Of a DNA stretch of 64,000 nt, positions 49,646-59,612 are shown in pieces (positions within the stretch are counted from its first letter, which is position 1; every line of letters starts with the position of its first letter). Made by a program: the position numbers and the translations under genes. The DNA lies in the IMG/VR virus record IMGVR_UViG_3300028840_004626, positions 30,549 through 94,548 of that record, one strand, 5' to 3'. The stretch is from a virus. The notes under the pieces are model-generated. The model searched no databases and had not been told where the DNA came from. It saw only the letters and a program-made list of their open reading frames with translations.

Positions 49646-51226
49646 ATGGATACTGGACTAATATATACAGGCGAAGACCACGAAGGTAACTGGTTTTATA
49701 ATCGATATTACTATGGTGGTTCTAATTCTCGGTATTATACGTTTCAGTTGGCCATGAATTTACTTAATCAACGTCATGATTGTCCTACCATTATTGAGAC
49801 CGGGTGCCAGAGGCAAGAAGAAGATGTGGGCGCAGGGATGTCTACCAGTATTTTTGCTGAATATGTTGATAGATATGGTGGGCATTTAATTGCTGTTGAT
49901 AACGATACTACTCATCTGGCTCGTGCCGCAACCTTTGTTCAAAAGTGGCCTAATGCCAGCGTTAAATTAGTGCCATCTGACTCTGTTAAATTTCTCGAAT
50001 GGTATGATGGTCCATGCAACCTTCTTTACCTAGATAGCCTTGATTATCCTATTGCAGAGAATCTTGGCAATCAACAGATGCAGCAAGATGCCCAACAACA
50101 TTGTCTGAAGGAATTTAAGGCTATCGAGGACAAGCTAGACCCCAAAGCTATTCTGCTTATTGACGATAACCAGCTAGGTGGCGGCGGCAAGCCCCGAGCC
50201 CTAAAGGAATATATCGTCGAAAAGGGCTGGATATACGAAGTAAAGATGTTCCATGAGCTTGGACACGAGGTGTTCTCTCCTGGGGCCTATGTGGAACCAG
50301 CGAATCCTGGAGACGCCACATTGCGACCAGCTATACCTGGACTTATATATGATCCAGATATCGTCAAACAATTTCATGAAATCGGAGCGCGGCACCCAGG
50401 GGAAGATGCTAAAAATTATCTCACCAAAGAATTTGTGGATAATTTTGACTGCATTATCGTAATGCACATGCCCAGGTGGATTGCTGGCAATTGGCCTGAA
50501 ATCAAGCATAAAAGAGTAATCTGGAGAACTATCGGCCAGTCTGTTTCTACTACCGAACAAGAGTTGGCCCCTTACCGAAAGAGGGGTATGGAGATTGTTC
50601 GTTATTCGCCCAAAGAGCGAAATATTCCGGGGTATATAGGGCAGGATGCGCTGATTCGTTTCTATAAAGACCCGGCTGATTATGGGCCCTGGAATGGTAA
50701 TAATAAAAGAGTCATTACATTTGCTCAGAGCATGAAACAGCGCGGGCCCGCATGTAGTTTCGATTTCTTTGAGGAAGTAACGCGCAAATTTCCTCGACAT
50801 CTTTATGGTCCGGGCAACGAGGGCATAGGCCCATGGGCTAGTGGCAAAGTGTCCTATGACCAACTCAAAGAGGAGATGCGCTGCAACAGGGTATACTTCT
50901 ATACGGGAACACATCCCGCCAGCTATACGCTCAACTTTATTGAGGCGTGGATGACCGGCATCCCGATTGTTGCGCTTGGTCCAGAACACGGCAATGCCTC
51001 ATATTTCCCCGGCCATGATCTTTATGAAGTTACAGACCTGATTCAAACGCATTACAGTGGGTTTGTATCTGATAACCCGTATGAGCTCCAGGGATATATC
51101 CAAATGCTACTCGACAATGATGATATCGCTAGTTTAATCAGTACACAGGGTCGCCAGATGGCTATCCACCACTTTGGCAAGGACAGGATCTACAAATCTT
51201 GGCAAGAGTACCTGGGAGAATCATAA
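49646..51226 (+). CDS. Fused class I SAM methyltransferase plus GT-B glycosyltransferase
   Basis: N-half IIETGCQR..DSVKFL..LLYLDSLD..ILLIDD (methyltransferase); C-half YTLNFIEAWMTGIPIV...GFVSDN (GT-B); abrupt junction near 50230. Confidence 0.8.
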   Translation: MDTGLIYTGEDHEGNWFYNRYYYGGSNSRYYTFQLAMNLLNQRHDCPTIIETGCQRQEEDVGAGMSTSIFAEYVDRYGGHLIAVDNDTTHLARAATFVQKWPNASVKLVPSDSVKFLEWYDGPCNLLYLDSLDYPIAENLGNQQMQQDAQQHCLKEFKAIEDKLDPKAILLIDDNQLGGGGKPRALKEYIVEKGWIYEVKMFHELGHEVFSPGAYVEPANPGDATLRPAIPGLIYDPDIVKQFHEIGARHPGEDAKNYLTKEFVDNFDCIIVMHMPRWIAGNWPEIKHKRVIWRTIGQSVSTTEQELAPYRKRGMEIVRYSPKERNIPGYIGQDALIRFYKDPADYGPWNGNNKRVITFAQSMKQRGPACSFDFFEEVTRKFPRHLYGPGNEGIGPWASGKVSYDQLKEEMRCNRVYFYTGTHPASYTLNFIEAWMTGIPIVALGPEHGNASYFPGHDLYEVTDLIQTHYSGFVSDNPYELQGYIQMLLDNDDIASLISTQGRQMAIHHFGKDRIYKSWQEYLGES

Positions 51227-51957
51227 TGAAAGGCATTGTTTTGGCAGGTGGAATGGGTACACGCCTAGCCCCATTAACAAGAAATGACAACAAACATCTC
51301 TTGCCGGTCTATAACAAGCGTATGGTAGAGTATCCCGTTAATACACTGGTTGAGGCAGGTATTGATGAGATCGTATTAATCACTGGGGGTAAACGCCCTG
51401 GCGCATTTCTTGAGCTATTTCGTAACGGGCAAGACCATGGTGTCAAGAAGTTCTATTATGCTTACCAAACAGGCAATGGTGGCATTGCTGATGCGTTAAA
51501 GCTAGCTGAGCCTTTCTGTGACAAAGAGCCGTGCGTAGTTATCTTAGGGGATAATTATTTTGAGGATGGCATTGAAGACCAGGTGGCGCTTTGGTGGCGC
51601 GCTGAGGCATGTATGGGGGCCGGATGCATACTGAAGCCCACAGAGACACCATGGCATTTCGGTATTGCGGAAACAGATGGGGGCAAGATAGTCTCCATTG
51701 AAGAGAAGCCCAGTGAGCCCAAATCCGACCAGGCCATTTTGGGATGCTACTTTTTTGATCGCACAGTATGGGATATCCTCCCATCGATTAAGCCTTCCGC
51801 GCGTGGCGAGCTAGAAATTACTCATGTCCTCGAAGAGTACATGAAGCAAGACAAGCTAGAAGCCTATGGTTATGACGGTTACTGGTCTGATATGGGCACG
51901 TTTGAGACATGGACAGAAGTTTCTCAGAGGATTGCAGATCGATGTCAAAAGTCCTAA
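51226..51957 (+). CDS. rmlA: Glucose-1-phosphate thymidylyltransferase (RmlA/RfbA-like)
   Basis: MKGIVLAGGMGTRLAPLT..NKHLLPVY, ILGDN, IEEKP, KPSARGELEIT, WSDMGT; start refined to ATG 51226 (TAATG overlap). Confidence 0.9.
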   Translation: MKGIVLAGGMGTRLAPLTRNDNKHLLPVYNKRMVEYPVNTLVEAGIDEIVLITGGKRPGAFLELFRNGQDHGVKKFYYAYQTGNGGIADALKLAEPFCDKEPCVVILGDNYFEDGIEDQVALWWRAEACMGAGCILKPTETPWHFGIAETDGGKIVSIEEKPSEPKSDQAILGCYFFDRTVWDILPSIKPSARGELEITHVLEEYMKQDKLEAYGYDGYWSDMGTFETWTEVSQRIADRCQKS

Positions 51958-52919
51958 TTACAGGCGTAGCTGGATTTATTGGATATAATCTGGCCAAACT
52001 AATGATGGCTCGTGGATACGAGGTTGTCGGTATTGACAATTTTGACCCATATTATGATCCCACGATTAAACATCGACGAATCAAGAATCTAACAAACAAG
52101 AAATATTATTTTACGGATGGTTGTTATTTCCACTTTTACAGAATTGATATTAGAAATCAGGAATCGATTAGCTGGTTAATGAATGAGTATAAATTTGATG
52201 GAGTTATTCATTTGGCAGCCCTGGCGGGGGTTCGACCTTCATTACAAAGACCAGCCGATTACATGGATGTTAATGTTAGGGGCTCCACTATTCTTCTGGA
52301 GCAATGCCGGCTTCACGGCATCAAGAATGTGGTAGTTGCCTCATCTTCATCCGTTTATGGAGACAGAGTGACAGGGGCTTGTCTTGAGTCTCTTATCTGT
52401 ACGCATCCAGAATCTCCTTATGCGGCCAGCAAAAGAGCCATGGAGCTAATCTGCGATAATTTTAGTCGCTTATACGATATGGACATCAAGGCCTTGAGAT
52501 ATTTCACGGTATATGGTCCTGGCCAGAGGCCAGAGATGGCTATCCATCAATTTATTCGCAAGGCCATGTTAGGTGAGGAAATTACACTGTTTGGAAGCAT
52601 GGAGTCTAAAAGGGATTACACATATATTGATGATATCTGTGAGGGTACTTTAGCTGCCTATAGGCATACTCCCGGCGGGTTTTCAATTTTTAATTTAGGG
52701 AATAATAGGCCTATTGAACTGATCGATTTAGTTTTTGCAGTGCACCATCATACAGGCAAGGAGCTTAATCTAAAGTGTCTTCCTAAGCAGCCGGGTGATG
52801 TTCATGCAACGTGGGCTCATCCAGGCTTGGCCCTCAAGGAGCTTAATTGGGAGGCCACTACCCCATTTGAAGAGGGCATGCGTCTTACGTCCGAGTGGGC
52901 GAAGGAGAAATACCAATGA
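51942..52919 (+). CDS. NAD-dependent nucleotide-sugar epimerase (UDP-glucuronate 4-epimerase-like)
   Basis: TGVAGFIG, IHLAALAGVRPS, ASSSSVYG, PYAASK, LRYFTVYGPGQRPEMA, RDYTYIDDI; start refined to ATG 51942. Confidence 0.85.
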   Translation: MSKVLITGVAGFIGYNLAKLMMARGYEVVGIDNFDPYYDPTIKHRRIKNLTNKKYYFTDGCYFHFYRIDIRNQESISWLMNEYKFDGVIHLAALAGVRPSLQRPADYMDVNVRGSTILLEQCRLHGIKNVVVASSSSVYGDRVTGACLESLICTHPESPYAASKRAMELICDNFSRLYDMDIKALRYFTVYGPGQRPEMAIHQFIRKAMLGEEITLFGSMESKRDYTYIDDICEGTLAAYRHTPGGFSIFNLGNNRPIELIDLVFAVHHHTGKELNLKCLPKQPGDVHATWAHPGLALKELNWEATTPFEEGMRLTSEWAKEKYQ

Positions 52920-53857
52920 TTCTTGTAACTGGATCTGCAGGATTTATCGGATCAAACCTCTGTTACCACCTTGTTAATGATCTTGGGGCCGATGTGATCG
53001 GCATCGATAAGCTAGGCCCCGAGTCCAATAGGGGTTGGACTGAGCCCCTTGAGGCTGGACCTGGTGGCAAAAGAATGATATTTCGCCCAGTGAACTTGTG
53101 CGAGTATCATCCAGTAAAGAGATTATTCGAAGAATATCCTATTGAGCATGTAATTCACTTGGCTGCTGAGTCTCATGTGGATCGGAGCATCACCAACCCA
53201 TCCTCTTTTTGGATGTCTAACGTGATTGGCACAGAGCACCTACTGCATGCGTGCCATAAGTTTGGGGTCAAAACAGTCATCAACCAAATTACGGACGAGG
53301 TATATGGAGAACGCCCAGATGATCCAGCATGTGAAGGGGATGCGTTTGCTCCCACTTCACCCTATCCATGTTCCAAGATGGCCCAGTACTATGTAGGGAA
53401 AAGTTATCATACGACCTATGGACTACCCGTAATGTCAACTTTTCCTGTCAACTGTTATGGGCCACGCCAGTTTCACGAGAAGCTGATTCCCAAGTTCATC
53501 ACCAAGTTGATGGAAGGTGAGAAGGTACCCCTAATGGCCTCAACGCATTTTGAACGTGACTGGCTGCCAGTGGAGGACATGTGTAAGGCGCATTCCACAC
53601 TAATCAGTAAGGGTGTCCCAGGAGAAGATTATAATGTAGGGGCTTTTAATCATCACACCAATATGCAGATTACCCACAAGTTATTAGATCTGTGTGGGCG
53701 AGATGAAAATGCCATTGAAATTGTACCGGATCGCAAAGCACACGACTCGAGGTATGCGGTGACCAATCAGAAAATGAAGGATCTTGGGTGGGCCGTGACA
53801 TATGATTTCGATGACTATTTGGAATATACAGTGGAGTGGTATCGTGAACAACTTTAA
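52916..53857 (+). CDS. rmlB: dTDP-glucose 4,6-dehydratase (RmlB/RfbB-like)
   Basis: TGSAGFIG, HLAAESHVDRSI, TDEVYG, PYPCSK, YGPRQFHEKLIP, DRKAHDSRY; start refined to ATG 52916. Confidence 0.88.
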   Translation: MILVTGSAGFIGSNLCYHLVNDLGADVIGIDKLGPESNRGWTEPLEAGPGGKRMIFRPVNLCEYHPVKRLFEEYPIEHVIHLAAESHVDRSITNPSSFWMSNVIGTEHLLHACHKFGVKTVINQITDEVYGERPDDPACEGDAFAPTSPYPCSKMAQYYVGKSYHTTYGLPVMSTFPVNCYGPRQFHEKLIPKFITKLMEGEKVPLMASTHFERDWLPVEDMCKAHSTLISKGVPGEDYNVGAFNHHTNMQITHKLLDLCGRDENAIEIVPDRKAHDSRYAVTNQKMKDLGWAVTYDFDDYLEYTVEWYREQL

Positions 53858-54272
53858 TATTGATCATGTAGGATGGATTACCGGCGACGTTGAACTGTTT
53901 GAGAAGTTTTGGGTTGGTGTTCTGGGCTATGCGTTTGTTCGAGAAACCTATATTGAGGAAGAAGCCTGCTTCAACCTGTTTGAGCGTACGTCGGGCGCTC
54001 GTATTAGGCGTTATCGACGTGATGGCGCTGGACCCGATATTGAGATTCATTGCTTTGATCAGGGTCCGCGTCCCAGGCTGCAGGCCTTTGACGCATTCGG
54101 TATCAACCATATCTGTTTGCATACGGGTGGTCCAGGCAGTCGCAGAGAGCTTGTGTCTGAGCTTCCTGGCGACGTGAAGGTCCACATCTACGATAATCCT
54201 AAGGGTTGGGAAAATATTTTTATTCAAGACTATGAGGGTAATTGGGTCGAGCTGAGAGAGAACTTTGCCTAA
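53844..54272 (+). CDS. VOC/glyoxalase-family protein
   Basis: IDHVGW...FWVGVLGY, GINHICLH, FIQDYEGNWVELRE; likely GTG start at 53844 after GGAG. Confidence 0.8.
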   Translation: MNNFNIDHVGWITGDVELFEKFWVGVLGYAFVRETYIEEEACFNLFERTSGARIRRYRRDGAGPDIEIHCFDQGPRPRLQAFDAFGINHICLHTGGPGSRRELVSELPGDVKVHIYDNPKGWENIFIQDYEGNWVELRENFA

Positions 54273-55011
54273 GCCAACAGTATCACGTAGATTTATTTCA
54301 CTACCCAAGTGTGGTCGCACCTGGCAAGAGGTACGCATGCAGCTTTTTTTGGACCATATTATGCAGTGTCCGTCTCCAGAAAAGGAGATGAGGGCTCGCA
54401 TAGCCCTAGATCACTTTGGGTTTGGGAAGCCCGGCATCGAACAATATAATCCAAACCTCGCTAAGTTTGCGCCTGGTGCCCACTTGTTCGTGGCTCTACG
54501 TGATGCAAAAGAAGTAATTAATTCTACCTATTGGCGTCTTCGTGGGCGCCCAAACATTGTGTTGCCCAAGTCTATTGACGAGTTTGCAGTAGGGTCTAGG
54601 GGCATGGCCAGGTTTTGCGCTTATCTTGAGAAGCTATGTCGCCTTCTCAAGAAAAGTACATACCAGTTTACCTGGATTTATTATGAGGATTTGTTCATGC
54701 CACAGTCACTCCACTTAGTGCCCGAGATGTTGGGGATGGACTATTCTTTATCTGAAACTGAAGTAGGCTTTCTTCACCAATATAGTTCTATAGACACCAT
54801 TTATCGTATCGTGAAACAGAGACAGGGTACCCGGGAGGAAAAAGGCATTTATCGCAACCTACAGCTGCCCATAGATCCAAAGCACGGGCATATTCGCCGG
54901 GGTGTACGCGAGGATTATAAGCAGCACATGTCTCCCAAGACCCAGCAGGCCATTGACGACTATCTAGACTCAGAATGTAAACTACAACAGTATAGGGAAA
55001 GATATTTATAA
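54265..55011 (+). CDS. Sulfotransferase-like protein 1
   Basis: 5'-PSB loop FISLPKCGRTW, 3'-PB LRDAKEVINSTY, IYYEDL, HIRRG...YK. Confidence 0.75.
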   Translation: MPKPTVSRRFISLPKCGRTWQEVRMQLFLDHIMQCPSPEKEMRARIALDHFGFGKPGIEQYNPNLAKFAPGAHLFVALRDAKEVINSTYWRLRGRPNIVLPKSIDEFAVGSRGMARFCAYLEKLCRLLKKSTYQFTWIYYEDLFMPQSLHLVPEMLGMDYSLSETEVGFLHQYSSIDTIYRIVKQRQGTREEKGIYRNLQLPIDPKHGHIRRGVREDYKQHMSPKTQQAIDDYLDSECKLQQYRERYL

Positions 55012-55598
55012 TGTCTAATCCGGTATTTACTACGTCCTATATGAATGACGCAGCAGATAACTTTTTAACATCATTTGCGCGACTTATTGATCCTAATTTA
55101 GCTATTGAATTAGGAGCTCAACAGGGACATAGCGCTGTCAATATCAGTATGGGCATGAGGGTAGATGCTACTTTTGTAACCTACGATTTGTTTGACCCAC
55201 AGTATGCACAGCCTCCGCACGGACCAACACATGCCAGCATGGAAGGAGTTCAGAACAACCTAAGGCGCGCACAACCCGTGTGTGACTGGGAAGTTAGGCG
55301 CGGCAGCATAGAGGAAATCATTGTCGATTATCCAGATGGTTTTGATCTTTTTCATTTAGATATCTGCAATCACTATGAGAATGCCAAGCCAGTTCTGGAA
55401 CAGATTGCGCCATTAGTTTCAACAGCCATGATTATAGAGGGTGGCATTTATAATCAGTGGCAAAAGCAGTGTGGGTTTAAGCCATGGCACCCGATTCTCG
55501 ATGAAGCCTGGTTTCGTAAACACTGGAAAAGTATTACGATTGCTCTCAATGATCACAATGCTATTACGCTCGCCACAAGGAAGCGTCAAGGAGATTAA
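55011..55598 (+). CDS. Class I SAM-dependent methyltransferase
   Basis: AIELGAQQGHSA, TYDLF, FDLFHLDI, IIEGG. Confidence 0.8.
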   Translation: MSNPVFTTSYMNDAADNFLTSFARLIDPNLAIELGAQQGHSAVNISMGMRVDATFVTYDLFDPQYAQPPHGPTHASMEGVQNNLRRAQPVCDWEVRRGSIEEIIVDYPDGFDLFHLDICNHYENAKPVLEQIAPLVSTAMIIEGGIYNQWQKQCGFKPWHPILDEAWFRKHWKSITIALNDHNAITLATRKRQGD

Positions 55599-55600
55599 GG

Positions 55601-56779
55601 ATGATTAGCGTATGTTGTTGTATTTTTAATGCTAAATGGGATGTGCAGACTCTCATTGAGGCGTGTGAATATCATAACGACCCGGCAGAATTTGAGATTG
55701 TGGTAACCCTGGATGACCGGGTAGAAGATGGCTCTCTAGAATTATTGCGCGACCTGCAGACGAGATATGATAACCTAAAGGTAGTCGTTCACACTGACGA
55801 GGATACTATCGAATATATGTCGGCTGCTCTGGATTATTATCATCGACGACAATTTTTCAATGAGGAGATTCGCGTTGGTATGCGTGATGCGTTAGAGAGA
55901 TACAAGAAAGGCGAGCTGCTTAATAAGAGCAAGGCTTTTCTGTGGCAAAGCTCAGGGATCTTGTATAACAAAGCCGTAGAGGCATCTAGTGGCGATGTCA
56001 TTCTCGTTACCCCGGGAGACTTCCTGTATCTTTTTGGATTGGGCAACCTAGAAAGGTTCGTGAGAAAACATGCCATAGGGGATATATTTTATGCATCGCC
56101 CCCTGCCATATGGGCAAGAGTTAATAATATGGACCCGGAGTGGCTCAGGAGGCATATTAACGAGGTGCACAATGATGCTCAAAAGGCACGCCCAGGTTTT
56201 CGCTGGGATAGTCGAGAAACCTTTAGAGATTACTTGCGATATCCTCCACAATTATCCGATTTCAATTTGCCAGATTTTCGTAATAACCGTATGATCAACT
56301 TTACAGATCCTGATTTTCTCGACAAATCTCGCCAGTTCTGTATCGAATCTATGACTCAGGGCGGGGTTCAGTGCAATCCTAAGTTTCATGGGTGTCATGT
56401 GATGACGCGAAAGACCTTCGAGATGATTGGTGGATTTACTGAGGAGTGGATTCATCGCGCCTTTCCAGATGACAAGATGACTTACCTGGGTTCTAGGATC
56501 GGTGGACATACAGAACTTCCCCCACAATTTGCTTTTGCCTGGCTTGGCAATGGAGAGTTGTTGCCTGGCCACGGGCCGGGATATGAAGATGCCTGGAAGG
56601 TGGAGCTGCCAAAGGTAGATCCATTATGGGATAAACATCCAATACCCCCTCGGGTTCACAAAGTATATTTACACGACAAGATTGTAAAAGAGAAACATAT
56701 GAATGACCTGGTGCGCAAAAGCTTTGGTACTAATACTCCACCGATAAGGATAGGAACATGCAAAAGGATCGACTCTTAA
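55601..56779 (+). CDS. Glycosyltransferase family 2-like
   Basis: ISVCCCIFN, FEIVV..D..EDGSLELL, YNKAVEASSGDVIL, FEMIGGFTEEW; DxD position reads PGD. Confidence 0.75.
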   Translation: MISVCCCIFNAKWDVQTLIEACEYHNDPAEFEIVVTLDDRVEDGSLELLRDLQTRYDNLKVVVHTDEDTIEYMSAALDYYHRRQFFNEEIRVGMRDALERYKKGELLNKSKAFLWQSSGILYNKAVEASSGDVILVTPGDFLYLFGLGNLERFVRKHAIGDIFYASPPAIWARVNNMDPEWLRRHINEVHNDAQKARPGFRWDSRETFRDYLRYPPQLSDFNLPDFRNNRMINFTDPDFLDKSRQFCIESMTQGGVQCNPKFHGCHVMTRKTFEMIGGFTEEWIHRAFPDDKMTYLGSRIGGHTELPPQFAFAWLGNGELLPGHGPGYEDAWKVELPKVDPLWDKHPIPPRVHKVYLHDKIVKEKHMNDLVRKSFGTNTPPIRIGTCKRIDS

Positions 56780-57660
56780 TTCTATCTAATCACTATAGGC
56801 GCAGTGCGTTTTTTGAGGATACAATACGGCTGCTATATGATGCCGGATACCAGAATGTCTGGATTCAGGATACTGGCCATGAGACATGGGGGCCCTATCA
56901 GGGGCCCAGTCGGATATATGATAAGCCAGGACATTATACGTATGACTCTGGCATGGTTAATTTGAAAAACCAGATCCCGCGAGGGTCTGGCCCATGCGAC
57001 GTAATTCTATTTATTGACAACGACTGTTTCCTAAATAATCTAGATAATTTTCAAACCTATTTGCAAGAATTTTTGGATGGAGGATATGATTATGCATGCC
57101 ATTTTGCCCATCCCTGTTATTACAAAAATTATAGGTTTGAAGGCAAAGAAATCTTGCCCGTTAACAACCAGACTTTTCATCCGTCTGATGACAAGCCGGG
57201 TTTTGCTCCAGATCCACACTGGGAAAATGCGTATATGCTTATCGCCAAGTCAACATGGGATGCCCTAACCCCACAGGAAATGTCACATGGTAGACTATGG
57301 ACTAGGGGATTGGTTCGGACAGGGGCGCGATTGGGTACACATAGCTGCAAATATAAGTTATCGTTTAGTCACTTTGGGCCTGGATGGTTCCATGTGGGCA
57401 ACCTGATGGGCACCCATATTGCTTTGGAAAAGATGATTAAGGTGGAACGAAAATTTAATCCTGAGTCGCGCATGAATATGGCTCGCTTAGGCTATTTTAT
57501 TGTTCAAAGGGACATATATGGCAAAGACATATATCCCAAGTACATTAATGGCAACCTTAATCAGATTATCAAAATGGTTGGGGGCAGGCAGATAGCAATA
57601 GACGCATGGGAACAGCTAGTATCTGGAACTTGTATGGAACACTGGGAGAAATTGTCATGA
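56758..57660 (+). CDS. Putative GT-A-fold glycosyltransferase, unclassified family X copy 1
   Basis: VILFIDNDCFL DxD motif after a beta-strand, WFHVGNLM; paralog of 62198..63097. Confidence 0.55.
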   Translation: MQKDRLLILSNHYRRSAFFEDTIRLLYDAGYQNVWIQDTGHETWGPYQGPSRIYDKPGHYTYDSGMVNLKNQIPRGSGPCDVILFIDNDCFLNNLDNFQTYLQEFLDGGYDYACHFAHPCYYKNYRFEGKEILPVNNQTFHPSDDKPGFAPDPHWENAYMLIAKSTWDALTPQEMSHGRLWTRGLVRTGARLGTHSCKYKLSFSHFGPGWFHVGNLMGTHIALEKMIKVERKFNPESRMNMARLGYFIVQRDIYGKDIYPKYINGNLNQIIKMVGGRQIAIDAWEQLVSGTCMEHWEKLS

Positions 57661-58775
57661 AACAGAATATTCCCCTTTTTAAAGTTAGAATGACTGGTGG
57701 TGCAGCGGAAGCCGTGAAGGCGACAGTAGAGTCTGGCTGGATTGGGCAGGGGCCTCGAGTAGAGGAGTTCGAAAGGGGCTTGGTGGACTATATTCAATAC
57801 CCCCATCTGGTTACGTTAAACAGCGCCACATCTGCATTGCAGCTAGGGCTCAGATTGGCTGGCGTGAGGCCGTATGACCAAGTTCTAAGCTCACCCCTGA
57901 CTTGTTTCGCAACCAACACTCCGATATTAGCTAGCCATGCAACAATTAAATGGGCCGATGTGGACCCGCAGACCTGTAATATTGACATCGACGATGTGGT
58001 CAAGAAAGTGTCAGATGATACAGCGGCCATATTGTTTGTTCATTGGGGTGGTGTGCCCGTGGACGTAGAACAATTGGTTAGTAGAGTAACTGATAAATTG
58101 GGCAAGTGTCCTCCTATCATTGAGGATTGTGCTCATAGCATGGGCAGTTATTATAAGGGCGGCACTCATCACGTAGGCACCAATGGTAATTTTGGGGCTT
58201 TTTCTTTCCAGGCCATCAAACACCTGACAACAGCAGATGGAGGGATGTTGACTATGGCCCCCGAATTTCATAGACGGGCTAAGCTAATGCGCTGGTACGG
58301 AATTGATCGCGATAACCCTAATAAAAAGGATTTCCGCAGCGAACTGCCTGTTGAGGAATGGGGATATAAATTTCATATGAATGATGTCGCTGCGGTAATG
58401 GGCATCGAAAATCTTAAAACTCTCGATGAGGCCGTAGATCGACATCGTGACAATGCAGCATATTATGATCAGGAGCTCAGGGGTTTAGATGGGTTGGGCT
58501 TTTTTGATATTCCAGAAGGCTCGCGTCCCGCATATTGGTTATATACGATGAAGGTAGAACGTCGCGAAGACTTCATGAGGCATCTTAGGGACCATGGCAT
58601 TGTTGCAAGCAGAACACATGAACGCAATGATATTCATCCATGTGTAGAAAGATTCCAGGTTGAGCTGCCCAAATTAGATTCCTTTAATACGAAGGTGTGT
58701 TGTATCCCGGTGGGGTGGTGGGTATCTGATGAAGACCGCGAATATATTGTTGAGGTAATCAAACAAGGATGGTAA
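57657..58775 (+). CDS. DegT/DnrJ/EryC1/StrS-family PLP sugar aminotransferase
   Basis: GPRVEEFE, NSATSAL, IIEDCAHS, FSFQAIKHLTTADGGM (Schiff-base Lys); start refined to ATG 57657. Confidence 0.93.
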   Translation: MKQNIPLFKVRMTGGAAEAVKATVESGWIGQGPRVEEFERGLVDYIQYPHLVTLNSATSALQLGLRLAGVRPYDQVLSSPLTCFATNTPILASHATIKWADVDPQTCNIDIDDVVKKVSDDTAAILFVHWGGVPVDVEQLVSRVTDKLGKCPPIIEDCAHSMGSYYKGGTHHVGTNGNFGAFSFQAIKHLTTADGGMLTMAPEFHRRAKLMRWYGIDRDNPNKKDFRSELPVEEWGYKFHMNDVAAVMGIENLKTLDEAVDRHRDNAAYYDQELRGLDGLGFFDIPEGSRPAYWLYTMKVERREDFMRHLRDHGIVASRTHERNDIHPCVERFQVELPKLDSFNTKVCCIPVGWWVSDEDREYIVEVIKQGW

Positions 58776-59611
58776 TGAAGCGGTTTGATTATGTATATAT
58801 TCTGTGTATTTGGCCAGGACGCAACCGCGTATTACATACAGCGCGTGCCCACATGAACTTCTTGCGCCAATATGAATATCTCAAGGACCGGGTCTACCCA
58901 AGATTCGTAGACGCAAGAGTCAAGACCACGGGAGACAAGAGTGTTTTGCTAGTTGTAGCCATACGTGGAGACTTGTGTCCAGATTACGAGAGGCAGGTCC
59001 AGGAAGCTTTCGATGGCCTATGTATGCCAAGCAATATTCATCTCAAAGTTGTACGTCATACCAATTGGGGAGGCACCATAGGTAGTCTCTGGGATGTATG
59101 GAAGGATGTGCTCAAGGGTAAAATTGTTTCTCAATATGTGAGTGTGTCTGAAGACGACTACATAAGCAGCAACTGGTCTTTGCGGGAACGATTATTAGAA
59201 CTGGGGTATATCTATGTGGGCATGATTTTATCACAGAAACATTGTGGCCACCTATATTGGGTTAGCAAGCATGGCTATCGGACTTTGCATCGGAATGATC
59301 GACCTGTTATTGGCAATGCCCTGAATTTTATACACGCAAAATACGGGTATGAGAACCTGGACTGGACAGACGGGGGTTTTTATTTTATGAAATATGAGTC
59401 TCTTCAGGCGATTGAGAACAAGATTGGCATATTTACCAAGGCCCCAAAGGACAAACCCTATAACCATACTCGTGATGGGATGTATTTTGGCGAAGCAGGT
59501 TTTCCAACAGAATTACAGGCTGCCGGATTTAAGATTATAGGTCTGGGCCCGGAATCACATCGCCCTTATCGCAATTTGGGCAGGGCTCCAGAGCTATTTT
59601 TTAGGATTTAA
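58775..59611 (+). CDS. Putative GT-A-fold glycosyltransferase, unclassified family Y copy 1
   Basis: NWGGTIGSLWDVW, YVSVSEDDY acidic motif, WTDGGFYFMKY, GEAGFPTEL; paralog of 60148..60984. Confidence 0.5.
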   Translation: MKRFDYVYILCIWPGRNRVLHTARAHMNFLRQYEYLKDRVYPRFVDARVKTTGDKSVLLVVAIRGDLCPDYERQVQEAFDGLCMPSNIHLKVVRHTNWGGTIGSLWDVWKDVLKGKIVSQYVSVSEDDYISSNWSLRERLLELGYIYVGMILSQKHCGHLYWVSKHGYRTLHRNDRPVIGNALNFIHAKYGYENLDWTDGGFYFMKYESLQAIENKIGIFTKAPKDKPYNHTRDGMYFGEAGFPTELQAAGFKIIGLGPESHRPYRNLGRAPELFFRI

Positions 59612-59612
59612 A

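Noticed and set aside
50201-50989. 262-aa minus-strand ORF
   Set aside because: Fully antisense to a well-supported GT domain and has no recognisable motifs; shadow ORF.
53670-54401. 243-aa minus-strand ORF
   Set aside because: Antisense to rmlB, VOC and sulfotransferase genes, no motifs. All other short alternate-frame and minus-strand ORFs in the track were rejected likewise.
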